Positions 37,155 through 49,100 of a stretch of DNA of 64,000 nt are shown piece by piece; position 1 is the first letter of the stretch, and each line of letters opens with the position of its first letter. The position numbers and the translations under genes are program-made. Below the pieces are notes generated by a model. The model worked only from the letters and a program-made list of their open reading frames with translations. It made no database searches and was not told the origin of the DNA. The stretch comes from Azolla caroliniana (taxonomy: Eukaryota > Plantae > Polypodiophyta). The stretch covers positions 12,524,001 through 12,588,000 of the forward strand of contig JBHGNT010000002.1 in NCBI GenBank assembly GCA_043228905.1. The letters are read 5' to 3'.

Positions 37155-37652
37155 TGTTGGGAATTCCGTCCCTCCGGATGGGATCCAGATGAGATGGATC
37201 GGACGAGCCGGAGGAAGGAACCAGACTAGACGGATCTGGTGTGAACCGGATCTAGGGACATATTTGTAAATATGTTTCTAGTGTGCCTACCATGGCCATA
37301 AATGTAATAAGTCCTAAAGTCATATAAGTATAAATATGACTTAGGGAATCACTTTGTAGAGAGTTGAAAGTTGTTATCATTATTGTTGTACAGACAGAGT
37401 GATAGAGAGACAGAAACACAGAACTTGTTTTTGTTGTAACCGTCGGTTGGTGAAGAGATAGAGCTTGAGTTCATTGCCTCTGAGTCTCACATTGTACCTT
37501 TCTTCTCATAGTGATAGTTGGAGTCTATGGGTTCCCGTGGTTTTTCCCAATTAGGGTTTTCCACATTAACATCCTGTCTGTCTCATTTCCATTTTTTGTT
37601 TTCTTCCATTGAGTGAGTAAGCTTCGGTTGTGGCCGAGCACTATTCCTCACA
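37155..37652 (+). mobile_element. Solo LTR inserted in the copia D LTR
   Basis: TGTTGGG...CCTCACA ends, TSD AACTG/AATTG; same family as 29970-30741. Confidence 0.82.
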
Positions 37653-40600
37653 AATTGTTCTTGTAAAAGTGGGTTCTAGTGTTAATATAAGATAGTCTCG
37701 TTTGAGTACATCTCTCTACATCTCTCTCTCTCTCTCTCTATGAGAGTATCTCTTTTCATCATCTTGAATCTTGTCACAGTGGATATCTCTATCTTGATCA
37801 CCACTTGTATTGTTTGTTGGACTCATTGACAGGTCCTCAATCTTATTCCACAACATCAACTTCAATAATCAACATTTGGTATCATAGCGACTTGCAGCTC
37901 AGAAGCAATAACAAAAAAACGGTTGAAGGAAACGACTAGGTCAACAAATCTCACTTCCTACAGAACATGTCTTCAACATCAAGCACGGAAGTGGAAATCT
38001 GGAAGTTCGACGGCAAGAACTTTTCCCTATGGAAGGAGATGATGCAGGATGTACTAACCATCTGACATCAAATCAAGACAATATGGCATAGCAACAAGCC
38101 AACCTTAATGACAACAGACGAATGGTGCTCCCTAGACGAGATAACGAGATTGACCATTCGAATGCATTTGGTTGAGAACGTCTACTTCAATGCAGCCAAA
38201 GAGACTCCGACATTTACGAAAAAAAGTCCTCCTCATTGAGGCTCATATTGATCCAACAACTATTCAATATGAAGATGAGAGAGATAGACCTGGCAACCTC
38301 CCAGATCAACACCTTCAGTCGAGTGTTGTCCGAACTCTCCTCCCAAGGGATTAATTCAAAGAAGTTAAAGCCCTTTCCCTTTTTTCGAGCATGTCGGCGA
38401 ATTGCGAAGTATTCTGCATGACATTCAGTAGTAGCCCAAATTTGAACCTAGACAAAACAATCAGACAGTTTCTCAAGAACGATATTCGGCGAAAATTGAT
38501 GGGTCTCACCAGTCATCCGAGAAGGAGGAACGATAATTGATAGTGGTCGAAGTCATGAAACAGGAATCCGAATGCCTACTCCACACGTTTTAGAAAGGCC
38601 GACCACAAGATTGTTGACTATTAGTCGATCAACAAGAAGAAGGAGATCATGCCCAACATTTGCCCAGGCTCAAGAGGAGTTTGGTATCCATCAGTAAGCT
38701 GGCAGAAGCCGGGTATAGGACGACACTTAGTGAGTCGTCGTGGCTAATCACAAAGGGCAACCTCCAAATCGGTCATGGCGACAAGTACAATAACTTGTAT
38801 CCACTAAATGTGTTCAGTTCTGTCTGTGAGCACAGTGATCGTAGCCGACTTGCCAGATTCGAATTTATGGCATGGCCGACTTAGCCATATGTCTCACACC
38901 AGACTGGACTGGCTAATGGGAATTGGATACATCCCGAAGTTCTAAACAAAGATGCACTTTTGCAAGCATTTTCGCTATGGGAAATGGCCCGAGTTCGCAT
39001 TCTCTCCATTACGAGACGGTAGGACAATCCCTAGAACTGGTTCACACCGATATATGTGGGCCAATGCCTGAAAGGTTACTAGAAGGCTCCCGATACTTCA
39101 TCACATTTGTAGATGACTATACACGGAAAATTTGGACTTACTCGATTAGGTCGAAAGACGAAGTGCTCAAGGTATTCTCTTTATGTTTAGCCAAACTGGA
39201 GAACCAATAAGGACTCCGAGGTTAGACACTCTGATCCGACAACGGAGGTAAATACACCTCCCAAGCCTTCAAACTGTACCTGTCCGAAAAAGGGATCCGT
39301 CATAAAAAAAAAGTTCCCTATCCCCCATGTAGAATGGCATGGCAGAATGGATCAATCGCACGATCGAAGAGAGGGGGACAACAATGCTCCAACAATCCGG
39401 ACTAAAGCTTGAATTTTGGGCCGAACCACTGCAAACGATAGTGTACTTGATAAATCTATCATTGGCGAGAGCAATTCGGCTCAAAGTGCCACAAGCACTA
39501 TGGTATGGCAAACAACCAACCTACGCTAGGCTTGGTATATTCGTGTTACGGGCATGACCATATAATATCCCGTGGTAAGAATTTACCGTAGTATTCTATA
39601 CACGTGGATAAGTGTGAGGGTTAAACGAGAGTGTAAAGAAGGGGAGGATTACTTTTAATCCTCGGGATTGAGACAACCCATTAGGTCAAGTGTGAACTTG
39701 CCTGGGGGCCTTGGGTATCGCTATAAATAAGAGGCCTAGCTACCCTCATTTGATGATCTTTTGACTACATCGAGACTCTGCTCGTGTGGTGGGTCAACTC
39801 TTGTAGCGAGCGCGCCAGCACCAGGTACGACTCGACGCCACGGCGGTGGTATGGGGACGTCGATCGAGGCTCGAGTCCATCTCGATCCCTTCGCTCGGGG
39901 GTGGTCGGGTGGATCGGCACCCTTCTTTCTCTTTCTCCTTTCTATCTTTCATTTCTTTATCCTTATCTTAAGCTTACTTTAGTACCTAGATCTATAATAT
40001 TTGGTATCAGATTTTTGTACTAATGTTTCTTTGTTTTTCATTTGTCTTTTGATTGATGCTGATCGATCGCTGTGCGATTGGCCTTGATCCAGACAACAAT
40101 CAACAAAGAACTTCGGTAACTCTTTCCATAATTTTTCTTTCTATTCTCTTTTCTCCCATCTAATCATGTGTTTAGTTTATATGTAATTTTTTTCATTAAG
40201 TCAATGATGTTGTAGTGGTCTTTAATTGATTATCTAAAACGTTTACATATGTGCACGAGGTCAATACCTCGTTTGACATATTAATAATATGTGATGAGTG
40301 TCGTATGCGTACGAGGTTAATACCTCAATTACGTATTACTTTCACGAACATATGTTACGTTTGCGTATGAGTTTAATACCTTGATTTGTTGTAAACGATA
40401 TGCGGTTGGTCTCGTATGCGTAAGAGGTCAATACCTCAATTGCGTATTACGATGATCTCTTATTTGTGGATGTTTCGTGTGCGTAGAGGTATATACCTCG
40501 ATTACGTATCTTGATCACATCATTTGTGGCTATTTAATATAACGATATGTTTAATATAGGCATATGTGGTCACATATATACGTATTTGATCGTATATATG

Positions 40601-41689
40601 TGAAAAGTAAACATATGTGTATATTCGTTATTACGTGATTATGTCGAAAGTTGTCATGGTCGGGAAAAGGATGTTGGTGGCCGTCCTCACATTTTTGTGA
40701 GAATGGCGTTGTCACCATCCCTTTTTCAACAATTTTTTATTGTTGATAACCCCGTTGATGACCTCGATTTCGTTACGTAAAGAAACGCCAATAGCCATAA
40801 TGATGTTGAGTACGTAGGGCTTGACCCACTTCAAGTGAGGTCGCTCCAATGACGCACGTATCCAACATCCCTCCCTCGTTACATGGATACGATGCCACCA
40901 TGAGCTCGTTCTTACGAGAGGCATTCGTAATGACGTGACCATGTGATGGCCCACGTGAGCCTACTACGAAACGAGGGCTCATTTGGCTTGACCATTAGGT
41001 TGCACTTTGGCGTATGCCATCGTAATTACGAGACTTGAGGTTAGGTAACGTACCAACATAGTTTTGGGTAAATGAGGGCGAAATAAGGACCCTTGACATA
41101 TATGTTCTTTTTAAAAAAACATATATGATGAATTGCCTCGCATATCTCTTATACGCATCAAACATTAAACATTCGAGAAGAGCAACTTACTTGGTTGGCT
41201 CAAGTGTTTAATGTATTTGTTCTCAAGGTCTCGAGTTCAAATATGACCAAGACCATACAACATCCTTGATACATATGACTATAACACATGTTTAGACTTA
41301 AGGTCTAAGTGCACCTCGGGGTCCTCATAATAGGACTTATAGAGCCGAAACCACATGTGTGGGCACCGAAACATAGTTTATTATTAACATTTTTTTCGTG
41401 TATAAACAATTCATGACACGAACATACATGGTTGAGCCTCGGGGAGCCACCATGAAAAAATCGATATAGAGATCAGGGAAAGACATTTAGTTGTCACCCC
41501 CATGGTTTTTAAAACACCTTTGTGTTACCATAGTAACCTGATCTTGAACCTCATCTCATACGTCTAGAGGGGTATTGACGTGAGATAATGATATCGATTA
41601 ATGCTCGCCCATGATATGTTTACATCACGACATGATGTTATGACTATATCTCTGACCTTATCCTATTTCTTTTCCAGAAATAATCTTTA

Positions 41690-44501
41690 ATGGCTCAAAT
41701 TAACGACCCGATGTCATCCGCTCAAGCGGAAGGAACTCAAGGGAATCCTCCTAGACAAATGTCCACTGAGATGTATTTGGCACAAATAACCCAATACCTT
41801 AGTTTCACCGCTCAACAGATGACCGAACTTCGGCAATCTCAGAGTGCTCTTGAGGCACGTGTCATTAGTCTACAACGGGAGACTAATAGACCTGATGAGC
41901 GACAAGGTGAACCATCATTTGTCGTTAAGCCATTTACCGCAGACAAAAAGGAAAGAACCGAAGAAGCAATCTGCACATGGCTGGGACGATGGGAATCTCA
42001 TTTTGAGCTCTATCCCACGCCAGATAGTACGAAGATTGCATATGTCGGCCAGAGAACTCGGGGGTAAGGTCGCCGCTTGGTGGCGTGACCTCTGTACTAT
42101 GGGGAAATTGCCCGATACCTGGACAGATTTTGTCACGGTTTTTAAGGGCCAATTTTTGCAACCTCCCTCTCGAACCGAGGCAGCACAAGCTTTAATGAAC
42201 CTCTCTAGCAGGAAATTTTCCTCGCTAGAAGACTATGTTCACCATGCTAGAACCCAAATCCAAAAATCAGGTCTAGAAGGGGACAATTGGTTGATAGCTT
42301 GTTTTGTCAATGGCATCCCCAATTCGGACTATCACTGGATAGTGCACGATAAGGATCCAAAATCCTTCGAGGAGGCCGTTGAAATAGTTCTTCGCTATCA
42401 ACGCACTTCGAAGAAGGACCATAACAAACCCAACGAAGCGCCCGGGACTAAGCAATCGCAATTTGTTGGGAAACGCAAGACACCCAACGAATTCCTGGAT
42501 CGTGATTGTAAGCGACAACATCCTTTTTGTGTATTTTGCAAAAAGAAGGGTCATACAAAAGATCAATGTCGAAAGCTCCAACGGAAAGAGCACGACAAGA
42601 AAGCTAAAGCTACAGACCATAAAGGTCAGATTCCTAATGTCCTTCAAGTCTATACACATCATTTAAGTAATTGTCAATGTTCTTTCCCTCACTATGTATT
42701 GGGTCCCAATGATTTACTACGTGCAAACGGGTATATCAATGGATCTCCCATACAATTTTTATTAGATTCAGGAAGCTCACACAATTTTGTGAATGATCGT
42801 TTGGTTCAGATATGGGGAAACCAACCCACCGTAAGTGATCACACCTACACGGTGCACTTGGCTGATGGAAGAGTACAATACATCAACGGGGCGATTCATT
42901 CATTAGGAATTTCTATTGATACTTATATAGAGGAAGTAGACTTCCATGTAATGAATCTTTGTACCACCGATGTAATACTGGGTTATCCCTGGTTTTATAA
43001 TAAAAACTCTTCTTTATTTATTGATTGGGTTCGTCATTCCATTTCTTTTGTACTGAATGATTGTACGCATTTTATTCAATGTGTAAAAAAACAATCCCTC
43101 TCGATTGTTTCCTCGTGTCCATCAATATCCGAGTTGTCTTGTTCTACGTTATTTTATTGTGTACTTGATCCGGACATTCACGTTTACAATATCGATAATG
43201 TCCCGATTCAATTAACATATTTTGAACAACAACAACTTGATGAAATCTTAAATGATTTTTATGATGTTTTTCCAAGTGAACTACCTGATGGGTTACCTCC
43301 TAAACGTAATATAGACCATCGTATAGATATTGTACCTGGTGTTGCACCAATAAGTATACCTCCGTATCGCTTATGTCGATCTGAAGAAGATGAGGTATCT
43401 AAGCAACTCAAGGACTATTTACGAATGGGTTATATACGTTACAGTAAATCTCCATGGGGTGCACCAGTTCTCTTGGTTAAAAAGAAAGAGGGCACATGGC
43501 GTATGTGTATTAATTACCGACGCTTGAATAAAGTGACGATCAAGAATTCGTACCCATTGCCCCAAGCTGACGATCTAATTGACCGTCTCCAAGGAGCTCG
43601 GTATTTTACGAAACTTGATCTCCGTACTGGCTACCATCAAATACGAATAAGTGAGGACGATGTTCCTAAAACGGCATTTCGTACGCGCTATGGCCATTAC
43701 GAGTTTTTGGTTATGCCTTTTGGTTTGACCAATGCTCCGGCTACTTTTCAACAAGAAATGAATGACATTTTCCGAGAACAACTTGGAAAATTTGTCGTTA
43801 TTTTCTTGGATGATATTTTAGTTTATAGCCGTACATTACAAGAACATGCTAGACATGTCCGCTTTGTTTTACAAACATTGCGTGACAAACAGTTTTATGC
43901 GAAGATCTCAAAATGTGAGTTCTTCAAGAAATCAATTACTTATCTAGGACATCTCATAACCGAACGAGGAGTTGAAATTGATCCTTCTCGCATTGAGAAA
44001 ATCAAGCTTTGGCCCACTCTTCGGAATATTCGAGAAGTTCGATCATTCCTTGGTTTTGTGGGGTTTTTGCGAAAGTCTCTTCATAATTACTCCCAATTGA
44101 CGACGCCGTTTACTGATCTTTTAAAAGGTCAAACGCGTAAGTCTACAAAACCTATTGTGTGGAATGCTACACTAGACCTTGCCTTGAAGGAACTGAAGGA
44201 CCTGGTTTGCAAGGCTCCTTTACTTCTTTTACCTGATCCTTCAAAACCTTTTGAGGTTGAAACCGATGCAAGCGATTATGCTATAGGTGTTGTCTTGTAT
44301 CAAGATGGTAAACCAATAGCATTCGACAGTAAGAAACTTGATTCTGCTCAATGTCGGTATACCGTTCAAGAAAAGGAATTATTTGCAATTATACATGCGC
44401 TCAAAACATGGCGCCATTATCTTTATGGAAATCACTTTGTGGTAACTACGGACCACGAGTCCTTGAAATATTTTTGTGGCCAACAAGACCTGAAAGGTCG
44501 T
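41690..44501 (+). pseudogene. Gag-pol of gypsy copy 2 (frameshifted, interrupted)
   Basis: ORFs 41690-42067 and 41844-44588 nearly match the 1410-aa protein of copy 1. Confidence 0.9.
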
Positions 44502-44510
44502 TGTCATGAG

Positions 44511-44578
44511 ATGGCAAGACTCGAACCCATGACCTTATGGTATATGGGTCGAGCTCTTAACCATCTCACCATCTATTG
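44511..44578 (-). other. tRNA-derived Pol III A/B-box cassette in the LTR (also about 49752-49819, and 28662-28716 on + in the solo LTR)
   Basis: Minus strand reads TGGTGAGATGGTTAAGAGC...AAGGTCATGGGTTCGAGTC, with a 44-nt A-to-B offset as in tRNA genes. Confidence 0.65.
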
Positions 44579-44632
44579 TAATTCATAGGATATTATTTTC
44601 ATTTATGTTTTATTATAAGAAAGTAATGTATA

Positions 44633-44692
44633 TTCCAGATTTCTCTGGAACATTCTAGAAGCTTCAGGATTATTCCTGAGAACACTATAAAA
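44633..44692 (+). promoter_or_regulatory. Heat-shock element array plus TATA box in LTR U3 (repeated in the 3' LTR at about 49874-49933)
   Basis: gGAAcaTTCtaGAAgcTTCa at 44647-44666 is a perfect four-unit nGAAn array with in-register degenerate flanking units; TATAAAA at 44686. Confidence 0.7.
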
Positions 44693-44934
44693 GAAGGCAT
44701 TAAGCATTATGTTGAACCAAATTGGTTCAACACCAGTCTTAAGCCTCTTAGCCGATTTGTACTTATCTTTCATATAATATAAGAGCTGTTGTCATCATCT
44801 TATCTCTCTCTCTCTCTCTCCTCTTCTCATTTTCTCTCTCTCGGGAATCTTACGCAGTCCCGTCCCCTTAGTACTAATAGTACTACTCTTCTTAGTACTA
44901 ATTCCATCTCTGCTTTAGTACTATTCCTGACAGT

Positions 44935-44945
44935 TTGAACCAATT
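44935..44945 (+). other. Self-priming primer-binding site (Tf1-like)
   Basis: TTGAACCAATT is the exact complement of AATTGGTTCAA at 44720-44730, 34 nt after the TATA start. Confidence 0.8.
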
Positions 44946-45002
44946 TTACGGCTCTAGCCTACTTGTCACTCTCCCTCATCCTCCTACCCTTTTCCCTATA
45001 CT

Positions 45003-46160
45003 ATGGCTACTGTTAGCGCCCAAGAATACCAATCCGTTTTCTCCGAGCTACAGTGCCTAAAAGAAAAGTTTGTGGCCCTGGAACAAGAAAACCAACGGCT
45101 GATAGGGGATCTGCAACAAATCGCTCTCGAAAAACAACAAACGCAACAACAACATGGGGAGTTAGCGTTACGGGTACAACAACTCGAAGCAGCGTTGCAA
45201 CAACAAGGATCCAGTCCCCAAGGATTTCATAAAGAGCCCAAGATTGGACTTCCTGTGAAATTTGATGGAACGCGTTCGCAATTCCGGGGATTCCTTAATC
45301 AGGTACGCTTAGTCATCCAGATGCATCCTTCCCGATATCCCACTGATGCATCTCGAGTCGGCCTAATAGGCACGCTACTTAGCGGCTCAGCCTTGGCATG
45401 GTTCACTCCGCTTTTAGAAAAACAATCCCCCTTGCTTAATAACTTTGAAGATTTTATTGGTGAGTTTAAAGCCTGCTTTGGAGACACCGACAGCATCAGG
45501 ACGGCGATCAACAAGATCCGGCGATTGCGTCAAGGCGATCGTCCAGCCTCTGCCTACGCGGCGGATTTCCGCCTACTTGCTTCAGATATACCCTGGGATG
45601 ATCAAGCACTAATGGAGCAGTTTCGCTATGGCTTGCGAAACGATGTCAAAGATCTACTTCTCACTTTCCCCGAGGAACCAAAGTCTCTTACGGAGGCAAT
45701 CAGTCGAGCAGTTCGATGTGACAACCGCCTGTTCGAACGGCGTTCAGAACGTCAATTACAGATACCACGCTCTAGACCAGAGCCCACTTACGCCACAGTC
45801 GCGGCTAAACCATTTGCACGAGACATACCTCAAGCAAATACTTCGACACCGATGGAGATCGATACCATGCGTCGACGCGGCCCGTTATCGGAAGAAGAAA
45901 AGCAACGACGACGTGCCAATCGATTATGTCTTTATTGCGGTGGACCAGGACATATCGCCATCAATTGTCCCCATAGGCCAAGAAGACAGGTAAATCAAAT
46001 CGTCGCCTGTACTAAACCCGAGTCAATTCTTCCCATCGGAGTGTCTGATAGTATTAATAGTACTAATAGAGTGTCAGATAGTATTCATAGTACTAATAGC
46101 CCAAGTATCTCAAATAAATTTGAAATCCTTAGTCAATTAGATGAAGAGTTAAACGATTGA
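45003..46160 (+). CDS. Gag (retrotransposon gag domain plus CCHC knuckle), 385 aa
   Basis: Coiled-coil N-terminus, KFDGTRSQFRGF, LRQGDRPASAYAADF, PMEID, CLYCGGPGHIAINC. Confidence 0.92.
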   Translation: MATVSAQEYQSVFSELQCLKEKFVALEQENQRLIGDLQQIALEKQQTQQQHGELALRVQQLEAALQQQGSSPQGFHKEPKIGLPVKFDGTRSQFRGFLNQVRLVIQMHPSRYPTDASRVGLIGTLLSGSALAWFTPLLEKQSPLLNNFEDFIGEFKACFGDTDSIRTAINKIRRLRQGDRPASAYAADFRLLASDIPWDDQALMEQFRYGLRNDVKDLLLTFPEEPKSLTEAISRAVRCDNRLFERRSERQLQIPRSRPEPTYATVAAKPFARDIPQANTSTPMEIDTMRRRGPLSEEEKQRRRANRLCLYCGGPGHIAINCPHRPRRQVNQIVACTKPESILPIGVSDSINSTNRVSDSIHSTNSPSISNKFEILSQLDEELND

Positions 46161-49100
46161 GTCCAGCCAAAATAGGAGCCATTTGGTTGGACAGCAGCCC
46201 TAGATCTGTACAGCCCATTAGTGGTTCCATTCCTTCCAAGCAAGTTAGCAATGTGTTCCTAGCCCAAGTCATTGTTAGTACTAAAAGTACTCCCCCAGTA
46301 CCCGTCCTGGCACTTTTAGATTCCGGAGCTAATTCCTGTTTCATGGATCGAAATTTTGCCCAAGCTTCTCAGATATCCTTAAGAAAACTTCCTTGTCCCG
46401 CATCTGTAGTGGTCATTGATGGTCGTCCCATTGCTTCCGGGAATATTGTAGAAGAATCAGAACCCATTCAAGTTGTCCTAGGTAGTTTTGTGTGTATAAT
46501 ATCATTTAATATAATTAGTAGTCCAGAGCATCCCATTGTCCTAGGATTACCTTGGCTTGAATTACATAATCCAGCCATAGATTGGAGAACAAGAGAAGTC
46601 CGATATCGACCACCCCAAGAATCAACTCACCGAGTTTCGACCATTTCACTCCATCAACTACGTGAAGAAGGACCCAAGGAGGCAATGTTCCTATTTGCCA
46701 TATCAGTACATCCTTCCAGCACTATTAAGAAGGACTCCTCAGTACAACTTCTGGCAAAATATCATCCTTATGCCGATGTATTTGACAAGGTAAAAGCCGG
46801 TACCCTTCCTCATCACCGTCCCTATGACTGTCCCATCGATTTACAACCAGGAACCGAGCCACCATGGGGACCAATTTACAACTTGTCACCCACCGAGTTA
46901 GAAGTCCTTCGAGCCTACATAGAGGAGAACTTGGCAAGCGGGTTCATCCGTCATTCGAAATCTCCAGCCGGTGCACCCATCTTCTTTGTCAAGAAGAAAG
47001 ATGGCTCACTTCGTCTTGTCGTTGATTACCGCGGATTGAATAAAGTCACCATCCGGAATAGGTATGCACTTCCTCTTATATCAAGTCTTTTAGAGCGAGT
47101 TAATGGTGCCAAGTTTTTTACTAAAATCGATCTACGAGGAGCGTATAATCTCGTGCGGATCCGACCGGGAGATGAGTGGAAGACCGCTTTTCGCACGCGG
47201 TATGGGCATTTCGAGTATACTGTTATGCCGTTTGGCCTAACCAATGCACCCGCAGTCTTCCAACACATGGCAAATGATATATTCAGAGACCTCTTAGATA
47301 TCTGTTTGATCATTTATCTGGATGATCTGTTGATTTATTCGAAGACCCAGGAAGAGCACGATTCTCATGTACTATTAGTACTAAAGCGACTCCGCGAGAA
47401 TGGTCTTTATGCCAAGCTAGAAAAGTGTAGCTTTGACTGCAAGCAAGTGGAATTTCTAGGCTACGTCATCTCCTCAAAGGGCATCGCCATGGATCCAGCT
47501 AAAGTCCAAACTGTACTAGAGTGGCAAATTCCACGGTCGGTACGAGATGTACAATGTTTTCTAGGTTTTGCTAACTTCTACCGTAAGTTTATACAGGATT
47601 ACTCGAAGATTATCTTACCCCTCACACAGCTTACGAAGAAGGGCCAAGCATTTCTTTGGTCCATTGAAGCAGATATGGCTTTTCGGCATCTTAAGAAAGC
47701 CTTTACATCAGCACCGATTCTAGCTCATGTGGATACTAGCAAACCATTCATCATGGAGGCCGATGCTTCAGATTTCGCCCTCGGTAGCATCCTTTCTCAA
47801 CAAGGAGATAAAGAAGAGTTGCATCCGGTGGCTTTCCATTCGCGCAAATTCGATGTTGCGGAAATCAACTACGAAATACATGACAAGGAGTTATTAGCCA
47901 TCGTGGATTCATTTGTGCAATGGCGGCATTTCTTAGAGGGCTCTCCACATCAGGTCGTTGTCTTTAGTGATCATAAAAATCTTGCTTATTTCCAGAACGC
48001 TCGCGTACTAAATCGACGACAAGCTCGGTGGGCGCAATTCCTCACGCGTTTCGACTTCAAAATCACATATCGACCGGGGAAGCAGCAAGGAAAAGCAGAT
48101 GCACTGTCACGGCGTTCATATCTTGCACCTCGTCCTGGTGATCCAACATTTGATAATCAAAAGCAAGTAATCTTGGGACCAGCACGATTGCACACGACGC
48201 GGATTTTTCACACCCCGATGGATTCACGGATTACTGACAACATACGTGCAAACTTGAAGACGGATAGTTTTGCTCAAAATATCTTGGCGCACATTGATAC
48301 TTCTCGGGCATCCTGTTCTCAGTCTCAACAACCAGGTATTGACTACCGACAATTCGAATATCATGATGGTTTGTTATTCTTTAAAAAGCGCGTATATGTC
48401 CCCGATTGCTCCTGTCGCCTTCACATCATCCAGCATTGTCACGACACCCATACGGCGGGACATTTCGGTAGTACTAAGACGTTGGAGCTAGTGCAACGAT
48501 CTTTTTGGTGGCCCCACATGCGTCGTTTTGTCGATGACTACGTTCGGACCTGTGATGCTTGCTGCCGAGCAAAGATGCCACGACACCATCCATATGGCTT
48601 GTTGGAACCCTTACCAATTCCAAGTAAGCCGTGGCAATCTATTTGTCTTGATTTTATCACAGATCTGCCGGTCTCGCAGGGGTTCGATGCTATCTTAACC
48701 GTCGTCGATCGATATACGAAGATGGCACATTTTGTTCCATGTACTAAGGCCATCATTAGCGAGGAAACCGCCGTCCTAGTCATGCGTGAGGTATTTCGGC
48801 ATCATGGCCTCCCAGACAGTATCATTAGTGACCGAGGACCGCAATTTGTCTCCAAATTTTGGCAGCATCTCTTCAAGATGCTCAAGGTCTCTTGCAACCT
48901 CTCCTCCGGCTACCATCCTCAGACCGATGGGCAGGCAGAACGAACAAACCAAACGTTGGAGCAATATCTCCGGTGTTTCCTGAGTTATCAACAAGACGAT
49001 TGGGCCGAGATTCTCCACTTTGCGGAGTTTGCGTATAATAATGCTGTTCACTCCTCGACTCGAGTCTCCCCATTCTACGCGTATACCGGTTCTCATCCTC

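Noticed and set aside
44511-44578. Functional tRNA gene
   Set aside because: Acceptor and anticodon stems do not pair; reported only as a tRNA-derived A/B-box cassette.
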